DNA of 64,000 bases from an uncultured Nitrospiraceae bacterium. GTDB lineage: Bacteria; Nitrospirota; Thermodesulfovibrionia; Thermodesulfovibrionales; Dissulfurispiraceae. The stretch is taken from positions 1,177,790 to 1,241,789 of the forward strand of contig CAVSHF010000005.1 of the NCBI GenBank assembly GCA_963727805.1. The letters run 5' to 3'. The translations under genes and the position numbers were made by a program. Of this stretch, positions 48,995 to 61,560 are shown in pieces (positions within the stretch are counted from its first letter, which is position 1; each line of letters opens with the position of its first letter). The notes beneath the pieces are model-generated. The model saw nothing but the letters and a program-made list of their open reading frames with translations. It was not told the origin of the DNA and did not search any database.

Positions 48995-49990
48995 ATGAAA
49001 AAGATAAAAAGAGCCTGTTTGGTTGCTGTGTTCTGTGTAATCCTTCTACTCTCGATTCCGGTCGCACTTATGGCGGCCGATGAGGGTCTCGAATATACCG
49101 TCCAGAAAGGAGACACACTCTGGGATATCTCTTCGGGCAAACTCAAAGACCCGTTCCTTTGGCCAAAACTCTGGAAAGCCAATCCACACATTCACAACCC
49201 TCATTTGATCTATCCCAACGAGAAAGTCCTTATCCCATCTGAGTTATTGAAAGAAGAATTCCGCTCCGATAAAACAGTGCGGCTGGATACAAAAAGAAAG
49301 TTGATAACTCCCGGTTCCCTCGCCTCTTCCCGGTTCGTTCCAGCCATCAGAAGGGGCCCTATAGTAAGCAGGGAGGTCCTGCTCCAGAGCGGATATTTTG
49401 TAAAAGACGTAAAGCCAATGGGTAAGATCATCAGTTCACCCCTTGGGCAAACCCTTTTGGGGAATGGCGACGCCATTTATCTTAGTACCGCAGTAAAAGC
49501 TAATCCCGACGATAAATATTTTGTTATCACAGAGCCACAAGCCGTCCCGAACCCCCTCAACGACAAAGAGATCGCTGGTTATCTGGTAGAGCTCACAGGA
49601 GTTGCCGTGGTTACCGGGGATGATAACGGCAAGACCAAAGCAATAATCAGCGAATCCTACAAAGAGATTAATATCGGAGACAACATCATAGACTATTATA
49701 TTGTATCGCTTCCAGTTGCGCCCGCAATAGAGAGAAAGCCGTCTATTTCCGGCATTGTACTCGGAATATGGAATAATCGTGCTGAAAGCGGGAAAGATGA
49801 TGTAGTCTATCTCAGCGCAGGCGTCGGTCAGGGCGTAGAAATAGGCGATATATTTACGGTTATTTCAAGGACTAATCCCCGTCCCATAGTTGGGACTGTG
49901 CAGGTATTTTCTATCTCCGATGCCGGATCGGCTGCAATCATTAGACGGGCGACAAGTGAGATCAAGCCCGGAGACACCTTCGGGAACTAA
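48995..49990 (+). CDS. LysM peptidoglycan-binding domain protein
   Basis: Signal peptide; 'YTVQKGDTLWDIS...WPKLWKANPHIHNPHLIYP'; AGGAGG RBS. Confidence 0.9.
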   Translation: MKKIKRACLVAVFCVILLLSIPVALMAADEGLEYTVQKGDTLWDISSGKLKDPFLWPKLWKANPHIHNPHLIYPNEKVLIPSELLKEEFRSDKTVRLDTKRKLITPGSLASSRFVPAIRRGPIVSREVLLQSGYFVKDVKPMGKIISSPLGQTLLGNGDAIYLSTAVKANPDDKYFVITEPQAVPNPLNDKEIAGYLVELTGVAVVTGDDNGKTKAIISESYKEINIGDNIIDYYIVSLPVAPAIERKPSISGIVLGIWNNRAESGKDDVVYLSAGVGQGVEIGDIFTVISRTNPRPIVGTVQVFSISDAGSAAIIRRATSEIKPGDTFGN

Positions 49991-50024
49991 ATAAGTCTTA
50001 TAAAAAAAAGGGGGATGCAAAAGC

Positions 50025-50048
50025 CTAGCCCGTTCACAAAGGTGTTGA
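50025..50048 (+). repeat. Left terminal inverted repeat
   Basis: CTAGCCCGTTCACAAAGGTGTTGA. Confidence 0.92.
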
Positions 50049-50103
50049 CTTTTAGCCAGTAAGAACATATATATCCCTTATCAGAGATGATAGGGGATAT
50101 ATA

Positions 50104-51903
50104 TTGGACAATAATGATGTAAAGCCTAAACTCCGGATTCCGCTTCCCGTTGGGGACGTCCATGTCAATTTCTGCAAGAATCCGGCATGCCCTAACTTCG
50201 GGAACCCTGCAAGCCAGCAGAAACAGCCTCGTGGAAAGTACTCCGAAGGGAAAGAAAGAGACACTTATACCCTCAGTGGCGGCGATGAGCCGCTATCTGT
50301 TTTCCTAAAGTGCAATCTATGTGGCGAATATCCTACCGTTAAAAGCAACCTTGCAATCACTGAAGAGATTAATCGTATGTCCCGATATCTCACCTCAGAG
50401 AAAGGGATGATCTCATGCCCTAATCTGGGATGTCAGAACCACTCAGTCTCTATATCAACGCCGAAAAGTTACGCATCTTTCGGGAAAACCAAGGCCGGGT
50501 CTCAAAGGTATCGATGTCGCCTGTGCAGCAAAGTATTCTCTGTCGGCAAACCGACTACCCGGCAGAAAAAACCACATAAAAATGCAATGATATTTAAACT
50601 GCTCATGAACAAGGTCCCATTCATGCGTATTTGCGAAGTTGCGGGACTTGGCTCCATGAATGCTCTTTATTGGAAGATTGACTTCCTCCACAAGCAGTGC
50701 CTTGCTTTCGCCGCTTCCAAGGAACGCAAACTGCTTGACGGGTTTCCCATCAGACGGTTATATATTGGCACAGACAGGCAGAATTACATGGTCAACTGGT
50801 CTGATTCAGCAGACAAGCGCAATATCGTGCTCCATGCGGTGGGCAGTGCCGACAACAAAACCGGATATGTATTTGGTCTTCACCTTAACTTTGACCCGGA
50901 TATCGATGCCATAGCAACATCCCGCGATGCCAAAGAGTCCGGAGACCTTGAGATGAAGATACCTTTTAGAAAGCACGCTCGTGTGTGGCTGCCAGAAGAT
51001 TACGATGAATCTAGTAGGGCAAGTTTAAAGAGACGCGGGATTGAAACTTATGGCACCCTGCAGGAAGGGATTGCCAGTGCCTATAGTGAAGCACAGGAAC
51101 GGGAGGATATCGAGGTTTTTGAAGAAAAGGACTTTAACACACGGCTACCGGCGGATGGGATGCAGGTGCATGCGGAATATACTCTTTATGGGCACTTCTT
51201 CTTCCTGAGACAGCTTTTCGGCGGCGTTGAGAAGGTAAGGTTCTTCTTGGATCAGGACTCTGGGATGAGAGCGGCCTGTCTGAGTGCTTTTGTCGATGGG
51301 ATTAAAGAGAAAAACTGCGATGCCTTCTATGTCAGGATCAACAAGTACCTTACAATCAATGAGAAGCGCCAGGCGATGGCTGCTGTTCGCAAGGAATGGG
51401 AAAATGCTAAAAGGGAGAATCCGCGACTGTCCGACTCCAAGTTAAAGTTGCTACTCATTAAACGGCGCATGAATAATGTTATGCACTTCGGGAAGTGGCA
51501 GGACAAATGGATATACCATCCCTTTCCGAGTCTTAGTGAACCCGAAAAGGCCATTTGTTATCTTACTGATGTCCAAGGATATGAAGAAGACCACCTTGCC
51601 TGGCTTTATAACAAAGCCAGCCTCCACGCAATAGACAGGTTCTTTATGCAGATCCGCAGGAGATTGTCCCTATTGGAGAGACCCCTCGCAACTTCCAGCG
51701 GGGCCTGGCGGAAATGGTACGGGTACAGCGCGTACAATCCGGCGATGGTTATCAAAATGCTTGATATATTTCGGGTTTTCTATAATTACATCGAGGTGGG
51801 GAAAGATGGGAAAACGCCGGCCATGAGATTAGGGCTTGCAAAAGGCAAAGTCGATGTGCAGGGCATTATTTATCATGACAGTGCTTCGAACTACTCACCA
51901 TAG
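50104..51903 (+). CDS. Putative transposase, long IS1-like (two Zn-ribbon modules, HTH, RNase-H-like core)
   Basis: CKNPAC...CNLC and CPNLGC...GKTKAGSQRYRCRLC (InsA-like); candidate catalytic residues 'IGTDRQ', 'FFLDQD', 'HAIDRFFMQIRRRL'; C-terminal 'KTPAMRLGL'; only large ORF between the TIRs; TTG start. Confidence 0.82.
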   Translation: MDNNDVKPKLRIPLPVGDVHVNFCKNPACPNFGNPASQQKQPRGKYSEGKERDTYTLSGGDEPLSVFLKCNLCGEYPTVKSNLAITEEINRMSRYLTSEKGMISCPNLGCQNHSVSISTPKSYASFGKTKAGSQRYRCRLCSKVFSVGKPTTRQKKPHKNAMIFKLLMNKVPFMRICEVAGLGSMNALYWKIDFLHKQCLAFAASKERKLLDGFPIRRLYIGTDRQNYMVNWSDSADKRNIVLHAVGSADNKTGYVFGLHLNFDPDIDAIATSRDAKESGDLEMKIPFRKHARVWLPEDYDESSRASLKRRGIETYGTLQEGIASAYSEAQEREDIEVFEEKDFNTRLPADGMQVHAEYTLYGHFFFLRQLFGGVEKVRFFLDQDSGMRAACLSAFVDGIKEKNCDAFYVRINKYLTINEKRQAMAAVRKEWENAKRENPRLSDSKLKLLLIKRRMNNVMHFGKWQDKWIYHPFPSLSEPEKAICYLTDVQGYEEDHLAWLYNKASLHAIDRFFMQIRRRLSLLERPLATSSGAWRKWYGYSAYNPAMVIKMLDIFRVFYNYIEVGKDGKTPAMRLGLAKGKVDVQGIIYHDSASNYSP

Positions 51904-51999
51904 GGGTAATATGATGTAAGAGCAACGAATACCAAAGGGGGTAGGTTATGCAACACGCAGTGAACTTTGTTCTAACGTTAGCAATAAGAGGGGGGGCAT

Positions 52000-52188
52000 A
52001 TGGCTCGTAAACTAAACATCAGAATAGCAACCGGGAAGACGCTTGAAGAAGCGGCCAGTCAACTCCAAGGGGTTCTACTTCATGGAGAAGATGGTGAAGT
52101 TTTATTGGGTTCTCATGTTGTTTTAGATGGAGACAAAGTGAGCATTGTGCTCATAGATTCTGTCATGGATTCAAAGGTAGACCCATAA
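52000..52188 (+). CDS. Small passenger ORF (62 aa), unknown function
   Basis: GAGGGGGG RBS; inside the element. Confidence 0.5.
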   Translation: MARKLNIRIATGKTLEEAASQLQGVLLHGEDGEVLLGSHVVLDGDKVSIVLIDSVMDSKVDP

Positions 52189-52241
52189 TAAGTAGAACCA
52201 CCATCTATTCCGACGGCCTGGTAGGAGTTCTCCAATCAGGC

Positions 52242-52445
52242 CTATTTTTTATAAAAAACAAAAAGCAAAGAAAAGATAACGTATTGATTTGCGGGCAATG
52301 AAGTTGTATGGGTAATAGTTATTCCAGAGTTTTCATCCCTTGAAAGCCATTTATTGATGATAGATTCAAACTGAGTCACATCGCTTCCATCATTCCCGTC
52401 GATTTTAAATACTTTGCATGCATTTAACATGAGATCATCTTCCAA
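52242..52445 (-). CDS. Small passenger ORF (about 62-67 aa), Cse60-like pattern
   Basis: 'KVFKI...FESIINKWLS...ITITHT...FSLLFVFY'; convergent on the previous ORF; start uncertain. Confidence 0.45.
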   Translation of the reverse strand: MEDDLMLNACKVFKIDGNDGSDVTQFESIINKWLSRDENSGITITHTTSLPANQYVIFSLLFVFYKK

Positions 52446-52580
52446 GTATTAGATTGTTAGTTATGTAAAAACAGATGCGCAGGCACAATTTTTCATAGAA
52501 ACTCGCTTTTATATACTTTCAAAATATTTACAATACGGTTTATGTATAATCTCAGGGGAAATTTCTTGTCAGTAAATGGG

Positions 52581-52612
52581 AGCCTCTAACCATTTGAAGG
52601 TTAGAGGCTTTT
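52581..52612 (+). terminator. Internal terminator-like hairpin near the right end of the element
   Basis: AGCCTCTAACC-ATTTGAA-GGTTAGAGGCT (11-bp stem) followed by TTT. Confidence 0.7.
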
Positions 52613-52632
52613 AGCCCTTTTGTCTGCTTCGA

Positions 52633-52656
52633 TCAACACCTTTGCGAACAGGCTAG
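52633..52656 (-). repeat. Right terminal inverted repeat
   Basis: TCAACACCTTTGCGAACAGGCTAG. Confidence 0.92.
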
Positions 52657-52687
52657 TGCAAAAGCATCCCCTTTTTTTGCCTATTTA

Positions 52688-54109
52688 TTAACTTGTCAAG
52701 ATCTTTAATGCCCTCAACCGGCTCGGATGCTTCAGCTTCCTGAGAGCCTTGGCTTCTATCTGACGGACGCGTTCCCTGGTAATAGACAGAAACCTCCCCA
52801 CCTCTTCAAGAGTGTGGTCTCTATCGACTCCGATACCAAACCTCATCCTGATAACCGTCTCCTCCTTCGGAGTTAACGTCCTCAATACGCGCTGAATCTG
52901 CTCGGAGGTCTCGATCCGTTCGGCATCGGAATACGGAGAGGGGCTCGCTTTGTCCCCAATAAAATCTTCCAGTTCCGTATCTTCATCGCCGATGGGTGTC
53001 TGGAGCGCTATCGGGTCCTGAATCGCCCTGAAAACTTCCTCGACTTTTCGAACCGGTACGATCAATTTCTTTGCGATTTCCTCGTTGACCGGTTCGCGGC
53101 CGAGCTCCTGAGTGAGTTCTCTAGATGCTTTTGTCACTCGATTGTAGAATTCCATCATATGGACGGGCACGCGTATGGTCTTCGTCTGGTCGATAAGTGC
53201 CCTCGTGATAGCCTGTCTTATCCACCACGTTGCATATGTGCTGAATTTAAACCCTTTTTCGTACTTAAACTTATCGACAGCCTTCATGAGACCTATATTC
53301 CCTTCCTGAATAAGATCCAGAAGTGGCAAGCCCCTGCCAACATAATTCTTCGCTATATTGACAACCAGTCTTAGGTTTCTCGTTATCAGTTCATTCTTTG
53401 TCTCGCCGACTAGGTATCTAGCCTTCGATATCTTACTCCACATGTCCTTAAGGGCGTCAGCCTTTATGCCCACTTCGGCCTCGATTTTTTTGTATTCCGC
53501 CTGGACATCCTTCAGGAGCGTTTCTATTTTTTTCGGACTCTGCCCCTTCTTCTTCTTTTCATTAACGGTTGCTCTAAGTTCTTTCAAGGAACCGTATCTC
53601 TTTATCTTTTTGTCGGCATAATCCATGATTGCCATCAGTTCCTCGAGCCGCACAAGGGTTTTGATCAGCGCCTCATCAGCCTTCTCCTCTTCGGGAAGTG
53701 CCTCTTCCTCATCTTCGACAGTAAGGGTGTCCTTGATCTTGTCAAATAGAGGCAGGGTAGTTATTGTGCCTCTTATGATCTCCCGTCCCTCTTCAAGCTT
53801 CTTTGCCAGTTCTATCTCTTCATACTTGGTGAGGATTGAGATATCCCCCATCGAGTTAAAATACGCCTGAACGAGGTCCTCGGCTCGTTCCTGCTCTTCG
53901 ACCTCTTCCTCCAGTTCCTCTTCGGGAGGAGCCCCCTCCTCGTAGTCGACAACCTTGACCCCCATGTCGCTGAGAACATCCATGAGATCTTCAATCTCGT
54001 CGGGAGAAAAAAATTCGGAAGGAAGTGCTTCATTTATTTCATCATAGGTGATGACACCGCGTCTTTTCCCTAAGTTTACAATCTCTTCAAATATATCTTT
54101 CTCTTTCAT
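52688..54109 (-). CDS. rpoD: RNA polymerase sigma-70 factor (RpoD-type)
   Basis: Region 1.1 'GKRRGVITYDEINEALP', 'NLRLVVNIAKNY', 'DLIQEGNIGLMKAVDKF', 'STYATWWIRQAITR', 'TRERVRQIEAKALRKL'. Confidence 0.92.
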   Translation of the reverse strand: MKEKDIFEEIVNLGKRRGVITYDEINEALPSEFFSPDEIEDLMDVLSDMGVKVVDYEEGAPPEEELEEEVEEQERAEDLVQAYFNSMGDISILTKYEEIELAKKLEEGREIIRGTITTLPLFDKIKDTLTVEDEEEALPEEEKADEALIKTLVRLEELMAIMDYADKKIKRYGSLKELRATVNEKKKKGQSPKKIETLLKDVQAEYKKIEAEVGIKADALKDMWSKISKARYLVGETKNELITRNLRLVVNIAKNYVGRGLPLLDLIQEGNIGLMKAVDKFKYEKGFKFSTYATWWIRQAITRALIDQTKTIRVPVHMMEFYNRVTKASRELTQELGREPVNEEIAKKLIVPVRKVEEVFRAIQDPIALQTPIGDEDTELEDFIGDKASPSPYSDAERIETSEQIQRVLRTLTPKEETVIRMRFGIGVDRDHTLEEVGRFLSITRERVRQIEAKALRKLKHPSRLRALKILTS

Positions 54110-54132
54110 CTATCCCCCGGATACACCCAAAC

Positions 54133-54168
54133 AAAAAAAATTAAAGAAAGGGATCACCTTTCTTTAAT
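54133..54168 (-). terminator. Intrinsic terminator downstream of 23S rRNA
   Basis: ATTAAAGAAAGG-TGATC-CCTTTCTTTAAT followed by a T-run on the minus strand. Confidence 0.65.
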
Positions 54169-54237
54169 CAATTATATAACTTATTTTATGTAATGCAAGA
54201 AAATTATTTGACGAACAAGGGGGGAGGGAAGTTAAAT

Positions 54238-57158
<2,921 letters not shown>

Positions 57159-57244
57159 TTACTTTACTTCTTTCTCTTCCCCTGTTTGTCAAAGATCAAA
57201 TGCTAATTTATAAAACTAAGGCAGGCCCTATCTTTTCATCCTTA

Positions 57245-58766
<1,522 letters not shown>

Positions 58767-58830
58767 TTTTCTGGCTTTTGTTATACTTCTCGAATCTCGT
58801 GGTCTGTTAACCACGCACTTAATTAGCTGA

Positions 58831-58880
58831 TTGTCAAAGAGCGAGTTGACATCATAATAAAATTCCGGAACCTTTGTCAA
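58831..58880 (-). promoter_or_regulatory. rRNA promoter and boxA antiterminator
   Basis: TTGACA-N18-TATGAT (58851-58880); boxA-like CGCTCTTTGACAA (58831-58843); second boxA-like TGATCTTTGACAA in the 16S-23S spacer. Confidence 0.65.
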
Positions 58881-58992
58881 CCCTTTTTCGGAAAATATAA
58901 ATAAATATTCTGCGGGTAGGAACCGCCTTGAGTTGCTCGAAAATACGGCTCATCTTTACTAATAAAATAAAAATCTGTTATAACATCTCGAC

Positions 58993-59067
58993 GGGCGATT
59001 AGCTCAGTGGGAGAGCGCTTCCTTCACACGGAAGAGGTCGAGGGTTCGATACCCCCATCGCCTACCA
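58993..59067 (+). tRNA. tRNA-Val (anticodon CAC)
   Basis: Acceptor GGGCGAT/ATCGCCT, D-arm AGCTCAGTGGGAGAGC, anticodon arm CTTCC-TTCACAC-GGAAG, TTCGA loop (one A-C mismatch in T stem), encoded CCA. Confidence 0.93.
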
Positions 59068-59105
59068 TACAAACTTTTCATTCTGATTTTTTGCTGGTTT
59101 GATTC

Positions 59106-59669
59106 TTACTCTGCGGTTGCCGCAATAATTCCCCTGAAACATTCGGACGACCTTATATTATGATATGTTTGTGAAGTCTTTATGTACTGCCAGTTATTGT
59201 ATCCCTTATCCAGCGCCTTTCTTAGCCATCTGCATGCTTCTTCAGAATCATTCTTTGCAGCGAAGAGTTCGGCCATGCTGTTCAATGCATATATATTGTT
59301 TGGACTGATTTCAAGGGCTTTACGGATGTCCTTCTCGGCCTGTTCATATTTTCCCATTAGGATATAATGAAACCCCCGGTTGTTATATGCCATGTCCTTG
59401 CCGGGATTCAATTCAATCGCCTTGTTGTAATCCTCCAGCGCCTGTTCGTAATGTCCGATTTTTTGATAAGTATTGCCGCGATTTATATAGGCCAATATAA
59501 AATCGGGACGAAGCCCAATTGCACTATTGTAATCATCGATGGCCAGATCGTGGTGCCCGCGTTTTTCGTATTCATTCCCCCGGTTGTTATATGCGCGGTA
59601 ATCCAGAGGATTACTTTTTATTATCTTACTGTAATTGGCTATAGGATCACGCTTTGCCAGATTGTCCAA
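59106..59669 (-). CDS. Tetratricopeptide-repeat protein
   Basis: Repeated 'AY(N/I)NRG..Y...G.Y..A..DY.KAI.L.P'. Confidence 0.88.
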   Translation of the reverse strand: MDNLAKRDPIANYSKIIKSNPLDYRAYNNRGNEYEKRGHHDLAIDDYNSAIGLRPDFILAYINRGNTYQKIGHYEQALEDYNKAIELNPGKDMAYNNRGFHYILMGKYEQAEKDIRKALEISPNNIYALNSMAELFAAKNDSEEACRWLRKALDKGYNNWQYIKTSQTYHNIRSSECFRGIIAATAE

Positions 59670-59865
59670 AATATTTCTCCCCGCGCTGATGGCCTCATCT
59701 AAAAAAACTATATTTTATGGCGGCTGAAAAGTCAAGCCTTTACACCCATTTGGCGAGGACCATCCTGTACTATAGATAATACCTCCTTTTTGCTTGCCTT
59801 CGCATTAATATTTCCGTTATAGTAGTGCGAAAATTCGCAGTCGCTATACGCGGGAGGTGCTCGCT

Positions 59866-61182
59866 TTGCATATTGCTGTTATCGGAACCGGATACGTTGG
59901 CCTTGTCACAGGCGCATGCTTTGCTGAGTTTGGAGTTTTTGTCACGTGTGTCGATAAGGATGGAGATAAAATTGAGTCGCTTAAAAAAGGAATCATCCCC
60001 TTTTATGAGCCAGGGCTCGAAGAACTGGTAAGTAGGAATTACAAACAGGGGAGAATCAAGTTCACCACTGAAATCAGCGGTGCTATCGAGGAATCTCTTG
60101 TCATATTCATTGCGGTAGGGACACCGCCAAGAGGCGACGGCTCGGCCGACCTCAGCTATGTAGACGAAGTAGCGCGAGAAATCGCCAACCATATTAAAAG
60201 CTACAAGGTAGTTGTCACAAAAAGCACGGTACCTGTCGGGACCGGGGAACGCCTGAGAAGAATAATCTCTGAAACACTTATTAATAAAATTGGTGCAAGT
60301 TCAATCAATTTCGATATCGTTTCAAATCCGGAATTTCTTCGCGAAGGCGCAGCCATTGAAGATTTTATGCGGCCCAACAGAGTGGTCCTCGGAGCAGACA
60401 GCCAGCAGGCAATAGCGATATTGAAAGATCTTTACCGTCCGCTTTACCTCATTGAAACCCCGTTTGTTATCGCCAACATAGAAACAGCCGAACTCATAAA
60501 ATATGCGTCAAACTCCTTTCTCGCTGTAAAGATATCCTTTATCAACGAGATTGCGAACCTTTGCGAAAAGGTTGGGGCCAATGTAAATATGGTCGCCAAA
60601 GGCATGGGCTTGGATGGCAGGATAGGACCAAAGTTCCTCCATGCTGGTGCGGGCTTCGGGGGGTCCTGCTTTCCCAAAGACACAAAGGCCCTTCTCCAAA
60701 TCGCATCTGAGCGCGGAGTGGAACTCAGCATAGTAAATGCAGCCATTGAGGCCAACGAGCGACAGATAGAGCTAATGAGCGCTAAAATCAGGAACGCCTT
60801 GCCCGATATCAAAGGTAAGACTATTGCAATACTAGGCCTTTCTTTCAAACCAAATACCGACGATATAAGGGAAGCCCCTGCGCTTAGCATTATTCAGACA
60901 CTGGTCGACGAAGGGGCAAAAATAAGGACTTATGATCCGGTTGCGATGGATAATGCGAGAAAGACCGTATCAGGCATCACTTATTGTGCAGACGCCTATG
61001 ATGCTTGCAGCGGCGCAGATGCCGTGGCGATCGTGACAGAGTGGAACCTGTTCAGAAACCTCGACCTTGAACGAATTAAAGGCCTTCTGACCCAGCCGCT
61101 CTTTTTTGATTTCAGGAACATTTACGCTCCGGAAAGAATGCGCGAATTGGGTTACTCATATCATTGTGTGGGAAGAGGATAG
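59866..61182 (+). CDS. ugd: UDP-glucose 6-dehydrogenase
   Basis: 'IGTGYVGL', 'IAVGTP', 'KSTVPVGT', 'SNPEFLREG', 'GFGGSCFPKD', 'FKPNTDD'; TTG 59866 with GGAGG RBS. Confidence 0.94.
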   Translation: MHIAVIGTGYVGLVTGACFAEFGVFVTCVDKDGDKIESLKKGIIPFYEPGLEELVSRNYKQGRIKFTTEISGAIEESLVIFIAVGTPPRGDGSADLSYVDEVAREIANHIKSYKVVVTKSTVPVGTGERLRRIISETLINKIGASSINFDIVSNPEFLREGAAIEDFMRPNRVVLGADSQQAIAILKDLYRPLYLIETPFVIANIETAELIKYASNSFLAVKISFINEIANLCEKVGANVNMVAKGMGLDGRIGPKFLHAGAGFGGSCFPKDTKALLQIASERGVELSIVNAAIEANERQIELMSAKIRNALPDIKGKTIAILGLSFKPNTDDIREAPALSIIQTLVDEGAKIRTYDPVAMDNARKTVSGITYCADAYDACSGADAVAIVTEWNLFRNLDLERIKGLLTQPLFFDFRNIYAPERMRELGYSYHCVGRG

Positions 61183-61315
61183 TCTGTGAGCGGCATCACA
61201 AGACCTGGTGCTCTTTATTATGACGCGTGTTCCAGTTTCACACACTGTTGCTCAATAGCCACACCCGCATGAATTGTGGCGAAAAATTTCCTATATATTA
61301 GGAGTATCTAACACC

Positions 61316-61331
61316 TGGCATATTTGTTGCT
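61316..61331 (+). promoter_or_regulatory. Sigma54 (-24/-12) promoter upstream of porin
   Basis: TGGCAT-N5-TTGCT. Confidence 0.65.
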
Positions 61332-61364
61332 TTTTATTATCTCGAATTCTTTGTCCTTTTTCTC

Positions 61365-61393
61365 TTGACAAAGATATGGGCGCATGGTATAAA
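61365..61393 (+). promoter_or_regulatory. Sigma70 promoter upstream of porin
   Basis: TTGACA-N17-TATAAA with extended TG. Confidence 0.7.
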
Positions 61394-61560
61394 AGTTACC
61401 ATGCCTTTGAGAAAGCCCCATTGGGGCGCTTCATCCTTTAAAGCTGAAAGGGGTGATGGAAGGAAGGGATTCCGGAAGTAGCTGTATGGAAGTTTTTGCA
61501 AGTGTCCCACCTCCGCCTTTGGCGGAGTAATTACTGAACTAACCATTGGAGGGTTAGGAA

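Larger units (their letters stand above)
50025..52656 (+). mobile_element. Insertion element (2,632 bp), IS1-related, with 24-bp TIRs, 9-bp TSD and passenger ORFs
   Basis: IRL CTAGCCCGTTCACAAAGGTGTTGA (50025-50048) vs IRR reverse complement CTAGCCTGTTCGCAAAGGTGTTGA (52633-52656), 22/24 identical; flanking direct repeat TGCAAAAGC at 50016-50024 and 52657-52665. Confidence 0.92.

Noticed and set aside
1237..49476. Numerous antisense or overlapping ORFs in the six-frame track (e.g. 5251-5844, 14460-15002, 22875-23498)
   Set aside because: They are shadows of well-supported genes on the other strand or frame, with no motifs or RBS.
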